This document shows positions 50,122 to 60,026 of a stretch of DNA of 64,000 bases, in pieces. How positions within the stretch are numbered: the first letter of the stretch is position 1; the number at the start of each line of letters is the position of its first letter. Location: the NCBI GenBank assembly GCA_045807725.1, contig JBJMGV010000132.1:7151-71150 (forward strand), in the 5' to 3' direction. The translations under genes and the position numbers were made by a program. The stretch comes from Blastocatellia bacterium (GTDB lineage Bacteria; Acidobacteriota; Blastocatellia; UBA7656). The notes under the pieces were generated by a model. That model was not told where the DNA came from. It saw nothing but the letters and a program-made list of their open reading frames with translations, and searched no databases.

Positions 50122-51147
50122 CTAAATCTGTTGCTTGAGCCAACCGATCACCTGATTTTCCAGACCAGGCGGGCTGAGCTGGCCAAGATCGAGGCGCTTC
50201 GGGAAATAGATATGGCCGCCCGGCTCGACCCATATAGTGGAAAGCGCGTGGGAAGCCCCGGCGATGGCCGGTATTACGGTTTCGGGTGGCACAAGCGGAT
50301 CATGTCGGCTCTGCACGACCAGCGACGGGATACGCAGCCGGTGTAGCCTTGCTGCCACGCTTTCGCGTTCGTAATAGTCTCCGGCGCTGCGAAAGCTGAA
50401 GCGAGCCACGACGGTCAGCGAGTCTCGCTCTCGGCAAGAGCGGGCGCGGGCGACCACTGCCGTAGGTATCTGCACACGACCGCGCCCGGCGGCGGCGGCA
50501 TAGGCTTTATTCAAACTGCTGAAGATGTGAAGCCGGTAGGGCCTGCGCGTGGGATGGTCGAAGGCTCTCGTCGCGTGATGCAGGTCCAGCGGCGGACAGA
50601 TGGCCGCGACCGCGCGCAGCCGCGAGTCCGCCTGCTCGACGGCGGCGCGTAAAGCGATGTGGCCGCCGACTGAATAGCCGAGCAGCAAAACATGCTTGTA
50701 GCGCGCGACCTCAGGGGCGGCCAGCGCCGCCCACAGGTCTTGAGTGATGCCGCCGTGGAGGATGTCTTCGCCGGAGAAGTCCGCGCCGCGCAGCGACAGA
50801 CGCAAGCAAGAGAATCCAGCTTGCGTAGCGGCCTGCGCGGCGCTCGCACAGTAAGGACTCATGGCGTTGCCGGACAGGCCATGCACGATCAGGACAATCG
50901 TATCGGCCCCTTCGACCTCGGAGAGCAGCCCGGTCAGGCGCACAGGCCCCATCACCGGGTCAGCAACGTCGGTCTGAAAGGCGCGAGATTCGCAGTTTGT
51001 CGGTGGATGGAGCAGGGAGAGCAGCGCCGGGACTATTGTCCAGAGGTGCCCTGCCGCGTGTCCCAACAACCGCCGCGCTGGAGACGCTTTCGACTGGCGT
51101 GGCCGAAGGCTTGGTGTTGTTCTGTTAATCAGCAATCCATTCGTCAT
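50122..51147 (-). CDS. Alpha/beta hydrolase
   Basis: Nucleophile elbow GYSVGGHIAL, abhydrolase fold length. Confidence 0.8.
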   Translation of the reverse strand: MTNGLLINRTTPSLRPRQSKASPARRLLGHAAGHLWTIVPALLSLLHPPTNCESRAFQTDVADPVMGPVRLTGLLSEVEGADTIVLIVHGLSGNAMSPYCASAAQAATQAGFSCLRLSLRGADFSGEDILHGGITQDLWAALAAPEVARYKHVLLLGYSVGGHIALRAAVEQADSRLRAVAAICPPLDLHHATRAFDHPTRRPYRLHIFSSLNKAYAAAAGRGRVQIPTAVVARARSCRERDSLTVVARFSFRSAGDYYERESVAARLHRLRIPSLVVQSRHDPLVPPETVIPAIAGASHALSTIWVEPGGHIYFPKRLDLGQLSPPGLENQVIGWLKQQI

Positions 51148-51249
51148 TTTCGTTACCGTCTCCGTCTGTAATTAATCAGGGGCGGCTACAGCAAGCCGCC
51201 CCTGACTGTCGCGTTCGTGCGCGGTTAGCGATATGCCTTGCGGCTCGCG

Positions 51250-51738
51250 CTAGTAATCAATCGTGCCGACGAGGGTCAACTCGAAACCGCCAGTGAGCGG
51301 GTTAACGGTCACCACGAAGTCGGCGCTGCCGCTCGCCTCCGCAAACCGGCCCGTGCCCCCGACAAAGTGGAATATCCCGTGATCAATACCTATGGTTGGA
51401 TCGAATGATCCTTGAACTACCATGTTCAGCTTATCGCCATTGGCGGCAACGACTGTCGCTGTGCCGCTGGACGGTATCTTGCCGTTGGCGTCGGGCGGGC
51501 CATAATTGACGGTCCCGGTGGTGGTCCACAAACCAAGATGGGTAGCCGTGCCGGAAGCGGTGACGTTAGCGCCGATTATGTGGCCCGCTTCATCTGTGAT
51601 AAAGGACGCGACTCCGTTGCCGTTAAGGGCAAAGGGGCGTTCGGTGGCTGCGGCGGGGATCGCTCCCAGCAGCAAGAGGGTGATTACCGTGATAATTCGC
51701 ATCGTTGAAAATCGTCTCATCTGTTTTCTCCTTTTCAT
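51250..51738 (-). CDS. Small secreted beta-rich protein (hypothetical)
   Basis: Signal peptide (ITVITLLLLGAIPAAA), Gly/Thr-rich ~130-aa mature part. Confidence 0.55.
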   Translation of the reverse strand: MKRRKQMRRFSTMRIITVITLLLLGAIPAAATERPFALNGNGVASFITDEAGHIIGANVTASGTATHLGLWTTTGTVNYGPPDANGKIPSSGTATVVAANGDKLNMVVQGSFDPTIGIDHGIFHFVGGTGRFAEASGSADFVVTVNPLTGGFELTLVGTIDY

Positions 51739-52100
51739 TAGCTACGTACTGACTATCGAGTGACGCATAGAGTAATTAACCATACTTGTGGCTCCTCTAT
51801 ACTTCCGCCCTGGCGCTGAGCCGGTCATCAAGACCTGCTCAAGCCTGTTGTCACTCTAGAGTGGTCAACAATCGAAAAACATCACACCCTGTTTTTTGCT
51901 GAAGCTCACAGGCCATCGGCGAGGAGGATGCAGAGGCGCGGCGGCGCGGCGGGTGAGATGGACACGGCAAGGCGCGCCGGCCAACCTTTTCAGGCTGCCT
52001 AAGCGCTTGAGGTCAAGGTGGATTATCGAAGGCGAGGAATGTGTACCGGCTACGAGCAGGATGTGGCTTTGGCGGGCGCTCTCCGGCAGACTCGCGAAGA

Positions 52101-53105
52101 CTATTTTCTCAGCACTTCAAAATAGTGGTAGGCAATCTCTTCAGTTGTTCCTTGACTGGTCATTCCCTTGAGGAGCAACTCGTAATCGCCGGCCTTGAGC
52201 AGGCGTGCCGGCAGATTCAAGATGACGGCTCGCCCGGCGCGCACACGGTGCGCCGCTAAATCGCCTTGCGACCAGACCTGCGCCCCACCCGGCGCGCGAA
52301 GCTCAGCGCCGAAGCTTCGGTATTCATCTTCCGGCTCGATGCCGACTTCGACTTTCACCCTTTGCGCCGATTGAGGCAGTATCAGCTTCGGGCGGGCGCT
52401 GTCGTTGCGTGAGAGGCCCGGCCATAAGGCCAGCGAGACGATGGCAGCAGGCGGGGGGCGGGTTGTGGATTCTTCCAACTGGCGCTGGAGTTCACCGATC
52501 ACTTGCTGGCTGCGCTCGCGCTCGTCGCGCTCGCGCTCAAGCTCGGTGGACATCTCTTCGCGGCGCGCCCGCTCGTCGGCGACCTGCTGTTGGAGAGCGT
52601 GCTCGTCGCGCTCGCGCGCCTGTTGCTCTGCGCGAAGCCCCGCAAGCTGCGCGCGCAGGCGAACGCTATCTGTAATCAGCCATGCGCCACCGATCATGAC
52701 CAGCACAGCGGCGGCGGCTAGCGCGTATCTGGCCACCGGGTTGAGTCCCGCCAGAAAGGCTCTGACAACGCCCGGCCATGTGATGGAGGCTTTAACGCCC
52801 GACTGTCGCGCCCCTTTCTCTACTACCGCGAACTCAGGCGCGACGCGGGCTAAAGCTCTGGCGAATTCCACCTTTCGGCGTCGCTCTGCCGAGGCAAAAA
52901 AGCGGCCCTCGAACTGCCCGCGCTCGCGCTCAGAGAGTTCCCTTCGCACATAAGCATCGATCAAATCGCTCTCTGCCGCCTCTATGCTTCGCAGGCATAG
53001 CGGGTCTTGAAAGGCGCGCTCTTCGACCTCTACCTGCTCTTCTTCCGTGAGATCGCCAAGCAGGTAGCGAACGAGCAACTCTTCGCTGAACGAATCCACT
53101 CTCAT
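52101..53105 (-). CDS. Single-pass membrane anti-sigma-factor-like protein (paralog of 63170..63937)
   Basis: Acidic N-terminal cytoplasmic domain (LLGDLTEEEQVEVEERAF...DLIDAYVRRELSERERGQFEGRF), one TM helix, coiled-coil ER-rich segment, C-terminal extracytoplasmic domain; sits directly downstream of an ECF sigma gene. Confidence 0.6.
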   Translation of the reverse strand: MRVDSFSEELLVRYLLGDLTEEEQVEVEERAFQDPLCLRSIEAAESDLIDAYVRRELSERERGQFEGRFFASAERRRKVEFARALARVAPEFAVVEKGARQSGVKASITWPGVVRAFLAGLNPVARYALAAAAVLVMIGGAWLITDSVRLRAQLAGLRAEQQARERDEHALQQQVADERARREEMSTELERERDERERSQQVIGELQRQLEESTTRPPPAAIVSLALWPGLSRNDSARPKLILPQSAQRVKVEVGIEPEDEYRSFGAELRAPGGAQVWSQGDLAAHRVRAGRAVILNLPARLLKAGDYELLLKGMTSQGTTEEIAYHYFEVLRK

Positions 53106-53164
53106 GCTTAAAATGTCCCTTTATAGAATAAGTGGCAAAAACCGCCTATTCATCACAAGGCGCG

Positions 53165-53791
53165 TCATTTTTCCAGACACTGCTCGACGCATGCCTGGAG
53201 CTTTTCTCTGAGACGTAGCGCACGCATCCTTAGCGTGTTGACCGGGACCTTGAAGCGGTCGGTCAGCCGCTTGCGGTTTTCTATCTTGGTTCCTTTCTCT
53301 CCCTGATAATAGGCGATGATCAACTCGCGGTTATCGGCAGGCAGATTTTCCAGACATTGGCGCAGGCATTCAATTGGCGCTTCCGACTCTGAAGCATCGT
53401 CGGCGAGGGGTTGCGAGTTGGCCATCTCACTCATCGCCTGTTGCTCCCTGGCCCGTTCTTTGCCGATCTCCAGCAGGAGCAAGCGCGCCACGCCCATACA
53501 ATAAGCGGATGGGGTGCGAACCTCTTCGCCTGCGGCCAGCTTTCTGGCCACACGGTTCATGGTTTCGTCGGCGTGGTCTTCAGGAAACGGACAGCCGCGC
53601 CATTCAAAAAATCGTATCAGGTTGCCGCGAACCTCAAGGTATTTCTCGCCGGCGCTGTCGCGGTCTTCCCCGAAAGCGGCCAGCAACCTATCGAACGCGT
53701 CTTGCGTTAAGGCCCACCTGAGGCGCGGCACGGAAGCCGCCGGCGTAGCTGCCGATTCGCTTTCGATGTCTCCCCTGCTCAGCCCTTCCAT
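53165..53791 (-). CDS. ECF-type sigma-70 family sigma factor
   Basis: Region 2-like core (NRVARKL...AYCMGVARLLLLE) and region 4 HTH (LPADNRELIIAYYQGEKGTKIENRKRLTDRFKVPVNTLRMRALRLREKL). 18 bp downstream of the TPR-CHAT gene. Confidence 0.75.
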   Translation of the reverse strand: MEGLSRGDIESESAATPAASVPRLRWALTQDAFDRLLAAFGEDRDSAGEKYLEVRGNLIRFFEWRGCPFPEDHADETMNRVARKLAAGEEVRTPSAYCMGVARLLLLEIGKERAREQQAMSEMANSQPLADDASESEAPIECLRQCLENLPADNRELIIAYYQGEKGTKIENRKRLTDRFKVPVNTLRMRALRLREKLQACVEQCLEK

Positions 53792-53809
53792 CGCTGCCTC
53801 CGCGTCCGA

Positions 53810-56800
53810 TCATTTCCACTCGCCCTGAAGCGTGAAGGCGGCCCAGTAGTGAGGGGCCATCCAGCGTTTGTCTTTCCACATCGAGACCTGAGCCGCGCGC
53901 AAGGCGGCGGCGGGCCTGAGTCCCTGCTTCAACATCGCTTCATAGAAACGCCCCATGAACTCAGACGTAGCCCGGTCGTCAACCTGCCACAGGCTCGCCA
54001 CGACGCGCGGCGTGCCGGCGTACATAAAGCCGCGCGTCAGCCCCACCAGCCCTTCGCCTTTGATCTCTTTGCCGAGCGCCGTCTGACATGCGCTGAGCAC
54101 CACGAGGTCGGCTTGCAGTTTCAAGTTATAGATGTCGTAAAGCCGCAGAAAGCCATTCTGTGCGTGGCCCTGCTCGTCTACGAGCGACAAGACTACCCCG
54201 GACAACTCCGGGTGATGGTTGTTGATCAAGCCGTGCGTGGCGAAATGAACGATGGCATAGCGGGCCAGTTCGGGGCTGGTCGCTGCCGCGCGGTTGGCGG
54301 CGAAGTCTACCGCTTCGAGCTTCTTGCTTTCGGGCACGAGGCGCATGATCTGGTCGGCTTCCTGTCGGCTGAAGCGCAGCCTGACGAAACCGCGCAGCCC
54401 CAATTCGGTGGCCGACCTGTTGACATCGCCCGTCGTCTCTGAGGCCGCCGTCGCCCGGCTCTTGCTCGCGCGTCCGATTCTCGGATCATCGCTATCAAAG
54501 ACGGGGTCGGCGAAAACGGCGACAGCCTTGTCAGCCGGTTTGCGCCCGCCGATCTCTCGCCGCAGAGCCGCCAGCACGGACGCCGAAGGGAGAGTGATGA
54601 TCTCGTGATCCGCGATCAGCGGCGACGAGACAGCGCCGGGACGCGGGGTGGGCAGAGCCGCGAAGGCTGTGTATTGCAGCATTCCTTCACCAACGATGAC
54701 CAGCCGTTTGTTCTGTAGTTCGGCAGCCACAGGGCCTAACAGCATACGGCTCAACAGGGCGGCGGCTTGCGGGTAATCGGTAGCGGCTTGCTCTATTCGT
54801 TTGCGCCTTTGTTCCGGGGTTTCGCCGATGGGCGACTGGTTGCGCGCCGTCAGCAGTTCGTAGACGCGCCGCGCCGCCTCTTCGATCTCCGCCCGTTTGG
54901 GCAGTTCAAAACTTTGTATCGAAGCCGGCGTCACCGCCCAGAGGAAGCTCTTCTCTTCGCCAAGCGCGTATTCCAGCAGCAGCGTCTGCTCGTCGAGCAG
55001 ATCGTGCTGAAGCGCTTCGAGGGTCAGCGGGGCCGGCTCAGTCAGCGCGGCGTATCGCGGGCTGATCTGCCGTATCTGCGCCTGGGTCTGCTCGTAGTCT
55101 GTCGTGAGCGTGTTGATCTCTTTAGCCGCCGTCGCCGCCTGTTCTTCGGTGTGCTTGCTGCTGAGCAGGCGCATCTGGCCGTCCGCCTTGTCGGAGATGG
55201 CTTGTCTTAGCAGCCGCTCGCGTTCAAGCAAGGACGGATCAACCCCTTCACGAATTTCACTGCTGGCTTCGGCGAGCATTTCGAGCAGGGATCGCGCACG
55301 GCCCCGCTCGCTCGCCTGTAAGGCGGCGGCGTCGAAGCCTGCCGAGGGCTGCTGTTTGTGCATGCGCATCAAGAGGTCAACATAAAACTCGTGCGACTTG
55401 CGAACCGACGCGAAGAAGGCGGCGCGCAGTTGATAGCTCTTGACGTTGACGCGCAATGACTCGACCGCCGCCAGCGCCGCCTCGATGCGACGGCGGGCCT
55501 CAATGAGGTTGCCGCGATCACGTTCGAGCCGCGCCATATGCGCCAGCACTCCCGCTTCATTGTTCGGATCGCCGATGGCGCGCGATATTTCCAATGCCTC
55601 GTTAAAGCAATCGAGCGCCTTCTGCGGCTCGCCCAGTTCCCGGTAGAGCGCGCCGACGTTTTTGAGCGCGCTTGCCATCTGACGCCGATTGCCGACGGCG
55701 CGATGCAAGGCAACCGACTGATTGAAATAATCAAGCGCCTGCTGCTTCTCTCCGAGGTTCGTGTAACAGCTAGCGATGTTGTTGAGCGAGACCGCTTCGC
55801 CGTCGCGGTTATTCATAGCGCGGCGTAGCGCGAGCGCGCGCTGGTTGATCTCAAGCGCCTTGCGAAAATCTTTCAGGTCGGCGTAGTTGACGGCGATGTT
55901 GTTGAGGACGTTCCCCTCGCGATACTGGTCGCCGGCGGCGCGAAAGATCTCTAGCGCCTGATTGTAGAAGTCAATCGCTTTCTGATACTCGCCCAACGTG
56001 CCGTAGACCCAGCCGATGTTATTGAGCGCGATGGCGTCGCTCTGGGCGGGGCCTAGCTGCTTGTGAATCACCTGCGCCTGGGTGTAGAGGTCGAGCGCCT
56101 TCTGATAATCGCCCAGGCCCGAATAGGCCGTGCCCATGTTGTTGAGGACGGTCGCCTCGCTCGAACGGTCATTCAACTGTCGCCTGATTGAAAGCGACTG
56201 CTGACAGAGGTCTATCGCCTTCTTATACTCGCCGAGGTCGCTGTGGATCACGCACTGGTTATTGAGCAGCGAGGCCTCTTTTCGCACGTCGCCCAGCGCG
56301 GCCAGCACCTTGCGCGACTGGTCAAAGAAGTCGAGCGCCTTCGGCCAGTCGCCCATGTACCCATAAGCCATGCCTATATTATTAAGCGTGCCGACCTCGC
56401 CGACGCGGTCGCCACTCGCTCGCCTGAGCGGCAACGCCTGATTGAATAGCTCAAGCGCTTTCTTCTTATCCCCGAATTCGATGTAGACCTGGCCGGTGAT
56501 GTCGAGCGTAATGGCTTCGACCTTCTGCCCCAGGCGACGCGCTTCTTCGCCGGGCTGACGGGCCGCGTCATGCGCAACGGGCAGGGCGCGCTCCGAGAAG
56601 TCGAGCGCCTTCTGCTTGTCGCCGGCACCAATGTAAGCGGAGCTGATCAGGTAGAGCGCGGTGGCTTCCCATGCCGGGTTTTTAGCCGACTGGCAGAGCG
56701 GGAGAGCCTGCTGGTATTTCTCTATAGCCTTCAGCCGCAACTCGGTGGTCGCTTGCCTGCCAAGCAGTATGCCTTCAGCGATCAACCCCTGAGCGGCGAC

Positions 56801-57328
56801 CAGGCTCTTGTCCTGCGCGGTCGCGGCTCGCAACTCCTGAACCTTAATCTCGTAGCGGCCCGCCGGGGCGGCTGGGTCGGGCGACCGCACCTCCAGCCGA
56901 TAGCTCCCGCCCGCCTCGGTTACGAACGTCACCAGTTCCAACTCGCCTATGCTGAAGCCGTCTGACTCGACGACCTTCTTGCCATCTGGAGCGAAGGCCG
57001 CCAGCGCGACGTTGATGCCGCGCTGATCGACGACCACCTGAACATATTGGTCGGTGGCGAGTCTAAGCTGATACGAATGTGTCTCTCCGCCGTTAAGCCC
57101 TCGTTCGATGGGCTTAGCGGCTTCGAGCACGCCGGCATTACTTTGATCCTGTGGCGCGGCACCATTCGCCTCGCCGGATCGTTGCAGCCGAGATGCCTCT
57201 GTGCGCGGATAAGCGGCGGGAGCCGAGAGCGCCAGGATCATCAGGCTCAGACCTAGAATGACGCCCTCTCTTAGTGAATGGCGAGCCGCCTGGGCTGCTC
57301 TTATCGCTACTATTGCCTGCTGTAGCAT
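53810..57328 (-). CDS. Membrane-anchored TPR repeat / CHAT domain (caspase-like clan CD peptidase) protein
   Basis: N-terminal signal anchor; more than 500 aa of TPR repeats (repeating ALxxxQxAL, NNIGxxY); C-terminal CHAT domain with His (HFATHG) and Cys (VVLSACQTALG) dyad context and the terminal HYWAAFTLQGEW motif. Confidence 0.85.
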   Translation of the reverse strand: MLQQAIVAIRAAQAARHSLREGVILGLSLMILALSAPAAYPRTEASRLQRSGEANGAAPQDQSNAGVLEAAKPIERGLNGGETHSYQLRLATDQYVQVVVDQRGINVALAAFAPDGKKVVESDGFSIGELELVTFVTEAGGSYRLEVRSPDPAAPAGRYEIKVQELRAATAQDKSLVAAQGLIAEGILLGRQATTELRLKAIEKYQQALPLCQSAKNPAWEATALYLISSAYIGAGDKQKALDFSERALPVAHDAARQPGEEARRLGQKVEAITLDITGQVYIEFGDKKKALELFNQALPLRRASGDRVGEVGTLNNIGMAYGYMGDWPKALDFFDQSRKVLAALGDVRKEASLLNNQCVIHSDLGEYKKAIDLCQQSLSIRRQLNDRSSEATVLNNMGTAYSGLGDYQKALDLYTQAQVIHKQLGPAQSDAIALNNIGWVYGTLGEYQKAIDFYNQALEIFRAAGDQYREGNVLNNIAVNYADLKDFRKALEINQRALALRRAMNNRDGEAVSLNNIASCYTNLGEKQQALDYFNQSVALHRAVGNRRQMASALKNVGALYRELGEPQKALDCFNEALEISRAIGDPNNEAGVLAHMARLERDRGNLIEARRRIEAALAAVESLRVNVKSYQLRAAFFASVRKSHEFYVDLLMRMHKQQPSAGFDAAALQASERGRARSLLEMLAEASSEIREGVDPSLLERERLLRQAISDKADGQMRLLSSKHTEEQAATAAKEINTLTTDYEQTQAQIRQISPRYAALTEPAPLTLEALQHDLLDEQTLLLEYALGEEKSFLWAVTPASIQSFELPKRAEIEEAARRVYELLTARNQSPIGETPEQRRKRIEQAATDYPQAAALLSRMLLGPVAAELQNKRLVIVGEGMLQYTAFAALPTPRPGAVSSPLIADHEIITLPSASVLAALRREIGGRKPADKAVAVFADPVFDSDDPRIGRASKSRATAASETTGDVNRSATELGLRGFVRLRFSRQEADQIMRLVPESKKLEAVDFAANRAAATSPELARYAIVHFATHGLINNHHPELSGVVLSLVDEQGHAQNGFLRLYDIYNLKLQADLVVLSACQTALGKEIKGEGLVGLTRGFMYAGTPRVVASLWQVDDRATSEFMGRFYEAMLKQGLRPAAALRAAQVSMWKDKRWMAPHYWAAFTLQGEWK

Positions 57329-57457
57329 GGGCCTCCAATCGGTGTGCTACGGATCAGCAAACGACTCTGCGAGGCACCTACTATACCTCCACTCAGCAGA
57401 TGAATTCAAAACTAAGAGCGCTTCTAAATCAGACCGCATGAGAAAGGCCCAAACGCA

Positions 57458-57595
57458 TTGGCCACAGAGGCGCAAAGGCAGAGAGAAGATCACTAAAGAA
57501 GTCCTGATATTCTCAACATGTGTTATTCCCGCTCGGTGTCTCTGTGCCTCTGTGGCCAATCTTCCCTGTCCCCATCTCATCTGCTTCGATTTAGA
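57458..57595. repeat. ~100-bp dispersed repeat, copy B (inverted relative to 48468..48568), preceded by a short direct partial copy that makes it a local hairpin
   Basis: gaagtcctgatattctcaacatgtgttattcccgctcggtgtctctgtgcctctgtggccaatcttccctgtccccatctcatctgcttcgatttaga matches the reverse complement of copy A. Confidence 0.7.
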
Positions 57596-58161
57596 CACTC
57601 AGGAATCCAGCCGGTCCATTGTCCAATACGGAGGACCGTGGTTTAAGATCGAGGTTGACATAACGAGAAGACCATCGTAGAGTAGCCGCGCTTCATCGTC
57701 CGTGCGGAATGAATAACGCGGGCCGGCCTCAATCAAAGGCAATTGCAAAGTTCGATTAAATCATCCGGGGATGATCCTGTCAGGCAGCGGAGCGAGGTCT
57801 GCCGCTCGTAACCCCGGGCTGTCACGCTAACAACGAAGCGGTTGCGAGGTAACGGAGCGCATCGCGCATCGGCTTTCGCGTCTCTCTGTGTCAGGCCCAA
57901 ATCGCAGCGCCATAGGTGAGCACGAAACGCGCCCGGATGGCGTGCCGTTGTGAGGTCACTTTCACGGCGTTTCGCCGCCGCGACGGTGAATGGCGGGTCG
58001 AGACTTTCAACGCCAGGCGAGTTTACTCGAAATGATTTCTCGTATTTGAGCATTCAAGAATGGTTGGCAGTTTTACCGGCAGGGCGCGCCGCCTCCCCGG
58101 ACACGCTGTCGGAGCCAGCTCGTTCAAAGCCCCAGTCTGACAAAAAGGAGAGTAAGCACCG

Positions 58162-59946
58162 ATGAGCGAACCGAAAGAATGGACTCTGATGTTCTATTTC
58201 GCAGGCGATAACAATCTAGCCCCCCTTGTCGTCTCCCTGCTCAAAGAGATCAAAGACGCCGGCTCCCAGCCGGATACCGATGTCCTGGTCTATTTCGACC
58301 CTAACGAGTTGGGCGTACCGACGCGCATATTCAATGTGAACCATGGCAGCAAGAAAAGGAAGAAAGCGCAAATCGGTCAAGGCACAGACCCCTTCGTGCA
58401 TAACATGAGGAGTGACTCTGTTGACCTGGATAAGATGAAGGTCGTTCCCGGCACGTTCACGGAGAAAATGTCCCGGATGCTCAAATTTCCAGATGAGGTG
58501 ATGGCGGAAGAGTCGTTAGAAACTTTTCTCGGCTTCTGCCGCGAGAAGTATCCGGCTAAACGCTACATGCTTTTTCTTCTCGGGCACGGCCTGGTGGTCG
58601 GCAATGATGCCTTTTTGCCGGATGACCATCCGATGAGCGCCATCACTCTGTGCAGACTCGGAGGGATTGTGAGAGGCTTCACCAAGGCATTAGGAAAGGA
58701 CAGCTCTTTGGAACTGCTGGCTCTACATAGCTGCTCGATGAGCGCTATCGAAGTGGCCTACGAGCTGAAAGGCACAGCGAAGTCTATGATGGCCTCAGAA
58801 GGCCCGGCCTTCGTCGGCAGTTGGCCCTATCGCCACCTGTTGATCAAGACCTTCAACGTTTCTGAAAAAGCGGTGGAAGACGCGCAGCAGAAGGCCGCGC
58901 AGATGAAGGCGGGTCAGGCTAAGGCGGTGATCCTCCCGATCATCAAGGCCCCGGCCCTGGTCAAGAAGCTCTATTACCTGACCGTGTATAACGCGGTTGA
59001 TTTTCTGTTTGCCGGCTACTCTCACGATCTGGCGTTTTGTAGTCTTAACCCCGGAAAAATAAATCGGCTCATGACCGCGCTCCACCAGTTGATCGTTCTG
59101 CTCAACAAGGGACTGAAGCAGACGAACGATAAGGTCAAGGCGCGCGCCGAACGCGGCAAGCGCGTCAAAGAGATGGTGCTGCTGGCCCACTGGGAGGCAC
59201 AAAGCTACTGGGGCGAGAGCTACACCGACCTTTACGACTTTTGCCGCTGCCTGCGCGAACACTGCAAGCCGGAGGATGAGCTGGCGCAGGCGTGTTGCGA
59301 TGTGATGAGTGCGCTCAAAGCGGTCGTCCTTTCACACAATTTCGGCTCGAAGGTGCAGTACTCGCATGGCCTCTCGATCTTCTTCCCTTGGTCAAAGCCG
59401 GCTACGGCGGCAGAGACGGAGAGTGATGAGACTAAGAAGCAATATGAAAGTGGCGACAATAACCAGTCCACCGCCCCCGAACGGCCTAAAGAGAGATATG
59501 AAAAACAAGGCATGGGAATTTGGGAACGGTATGAGCAGTATGCCTTCACGCAAGACTTAAAGAAGGTGGACAAGGAAAATTCCTGGTTCGACTTCCTCGA
59601 CATCTACTTCGAGGTGACCAAGCGCAAGTTCCGCCAGGAAGAAGATGGCACGCCGCTCCTACCGAAGTTTGTAAGCAGTAGGGGAAGCAGTCCACCGCTC
59701 GGCGCGTTGGCCGGCCTCTTATCCAGGGATAAGCCGGATCCGTCACTCGACAAACCGGACCCGTCAGTCGGAGTTGATTACGCCTGTTTGGCAATTAAGA
59801 ACTACCCCGACGAGAGGGATCTGAGAAAACGGTGGGAGGAAGCCAGAAAAAAGGCAGGCGTTACCCAACTGAAGAGCGCCCTCCAAAACCAGATCGATCA
59901 GCAAATCACCGCCGCAGCTCAAGAAGTATTGGCCTCGGCGGACTGA
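58162..59946 (+). CDS. Clostripain-like (C11 family, clan CD) cysteine peptidase, cytoplasmic
   Basis: N-terminal WTLMFYFAGDNNL (C11 signature), His-Gly (LLGHGL) and SC(S)M Cys motif (LALHSCSMSAI) in clan-CD order; AAGGAG RBS upstream; no signal peptide. Confidence 0.7.
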   Translation: MSEPKEWTLMFYFAGDNNLAPLVVSLLKEIKDAGSQPDTDVLVYFDPNELGVPTRIFNVNHGSKKRKKAQIGQGTDPFVHNMRSDSVDLDKMKVVPGTFTEKMSRMLKFPDEVMAEESLETFLGFCREKYPAKRYMLFLLGHGLVVGNDAFLPDDHPMSAITLCRLGGIVRGFTKALGKDSSLELLALHSCSMSAIEVAYELKGTAKSMMASEGPAFVGSWPYRHLLIKTFNVSEKAVEDAQQKAAQMKAGQAKAVILPIIKAPALVKKLYYLTVYNAVDFLFAGYSHDLAFCSLNPGKINRLMTALHQLIVLLNKGLKQTNDKVKARAERGKRVKEMVLLAHWEAQSYWGESYTDLYDFCRCLREHCKPEDELAQACCDVMSALKAVVLSHNFGSKVQYSHGLSIFFPWSKPATAAETESDETKKQYESGDNNQSTAPERPKERYEKQGMGIWERYEQYAFTQDLKKVDKENSWFDFLDIYFEVTKRKFRQEEDGTPLLPKFVSSRGSSPPLGALAGLLSRDKPDPSLDKPDPSVGVDYACLAIKNYPDERDLRKRWEEARKKAGVTQLKSALQNQIDQQITAAAQEVLASAD

Positions 59947-60026
59947 TTCCGCCCGGCTGGCTTTGCCTACTGCGGCTGTCCTGTTGCCGGCGAGCGCGTG
60001 GCTCGCGCTCGCCGGCGGTGCAAGCG

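Noticed and set aside
51739-52100. Small ORF 51896..52171 in the intergenic region upstream of the secreted-protein gene
   Set aside because: Arg/Gly-rich, no start context; more likely a promoter or 5'-UTR region for the minus-strand genes.
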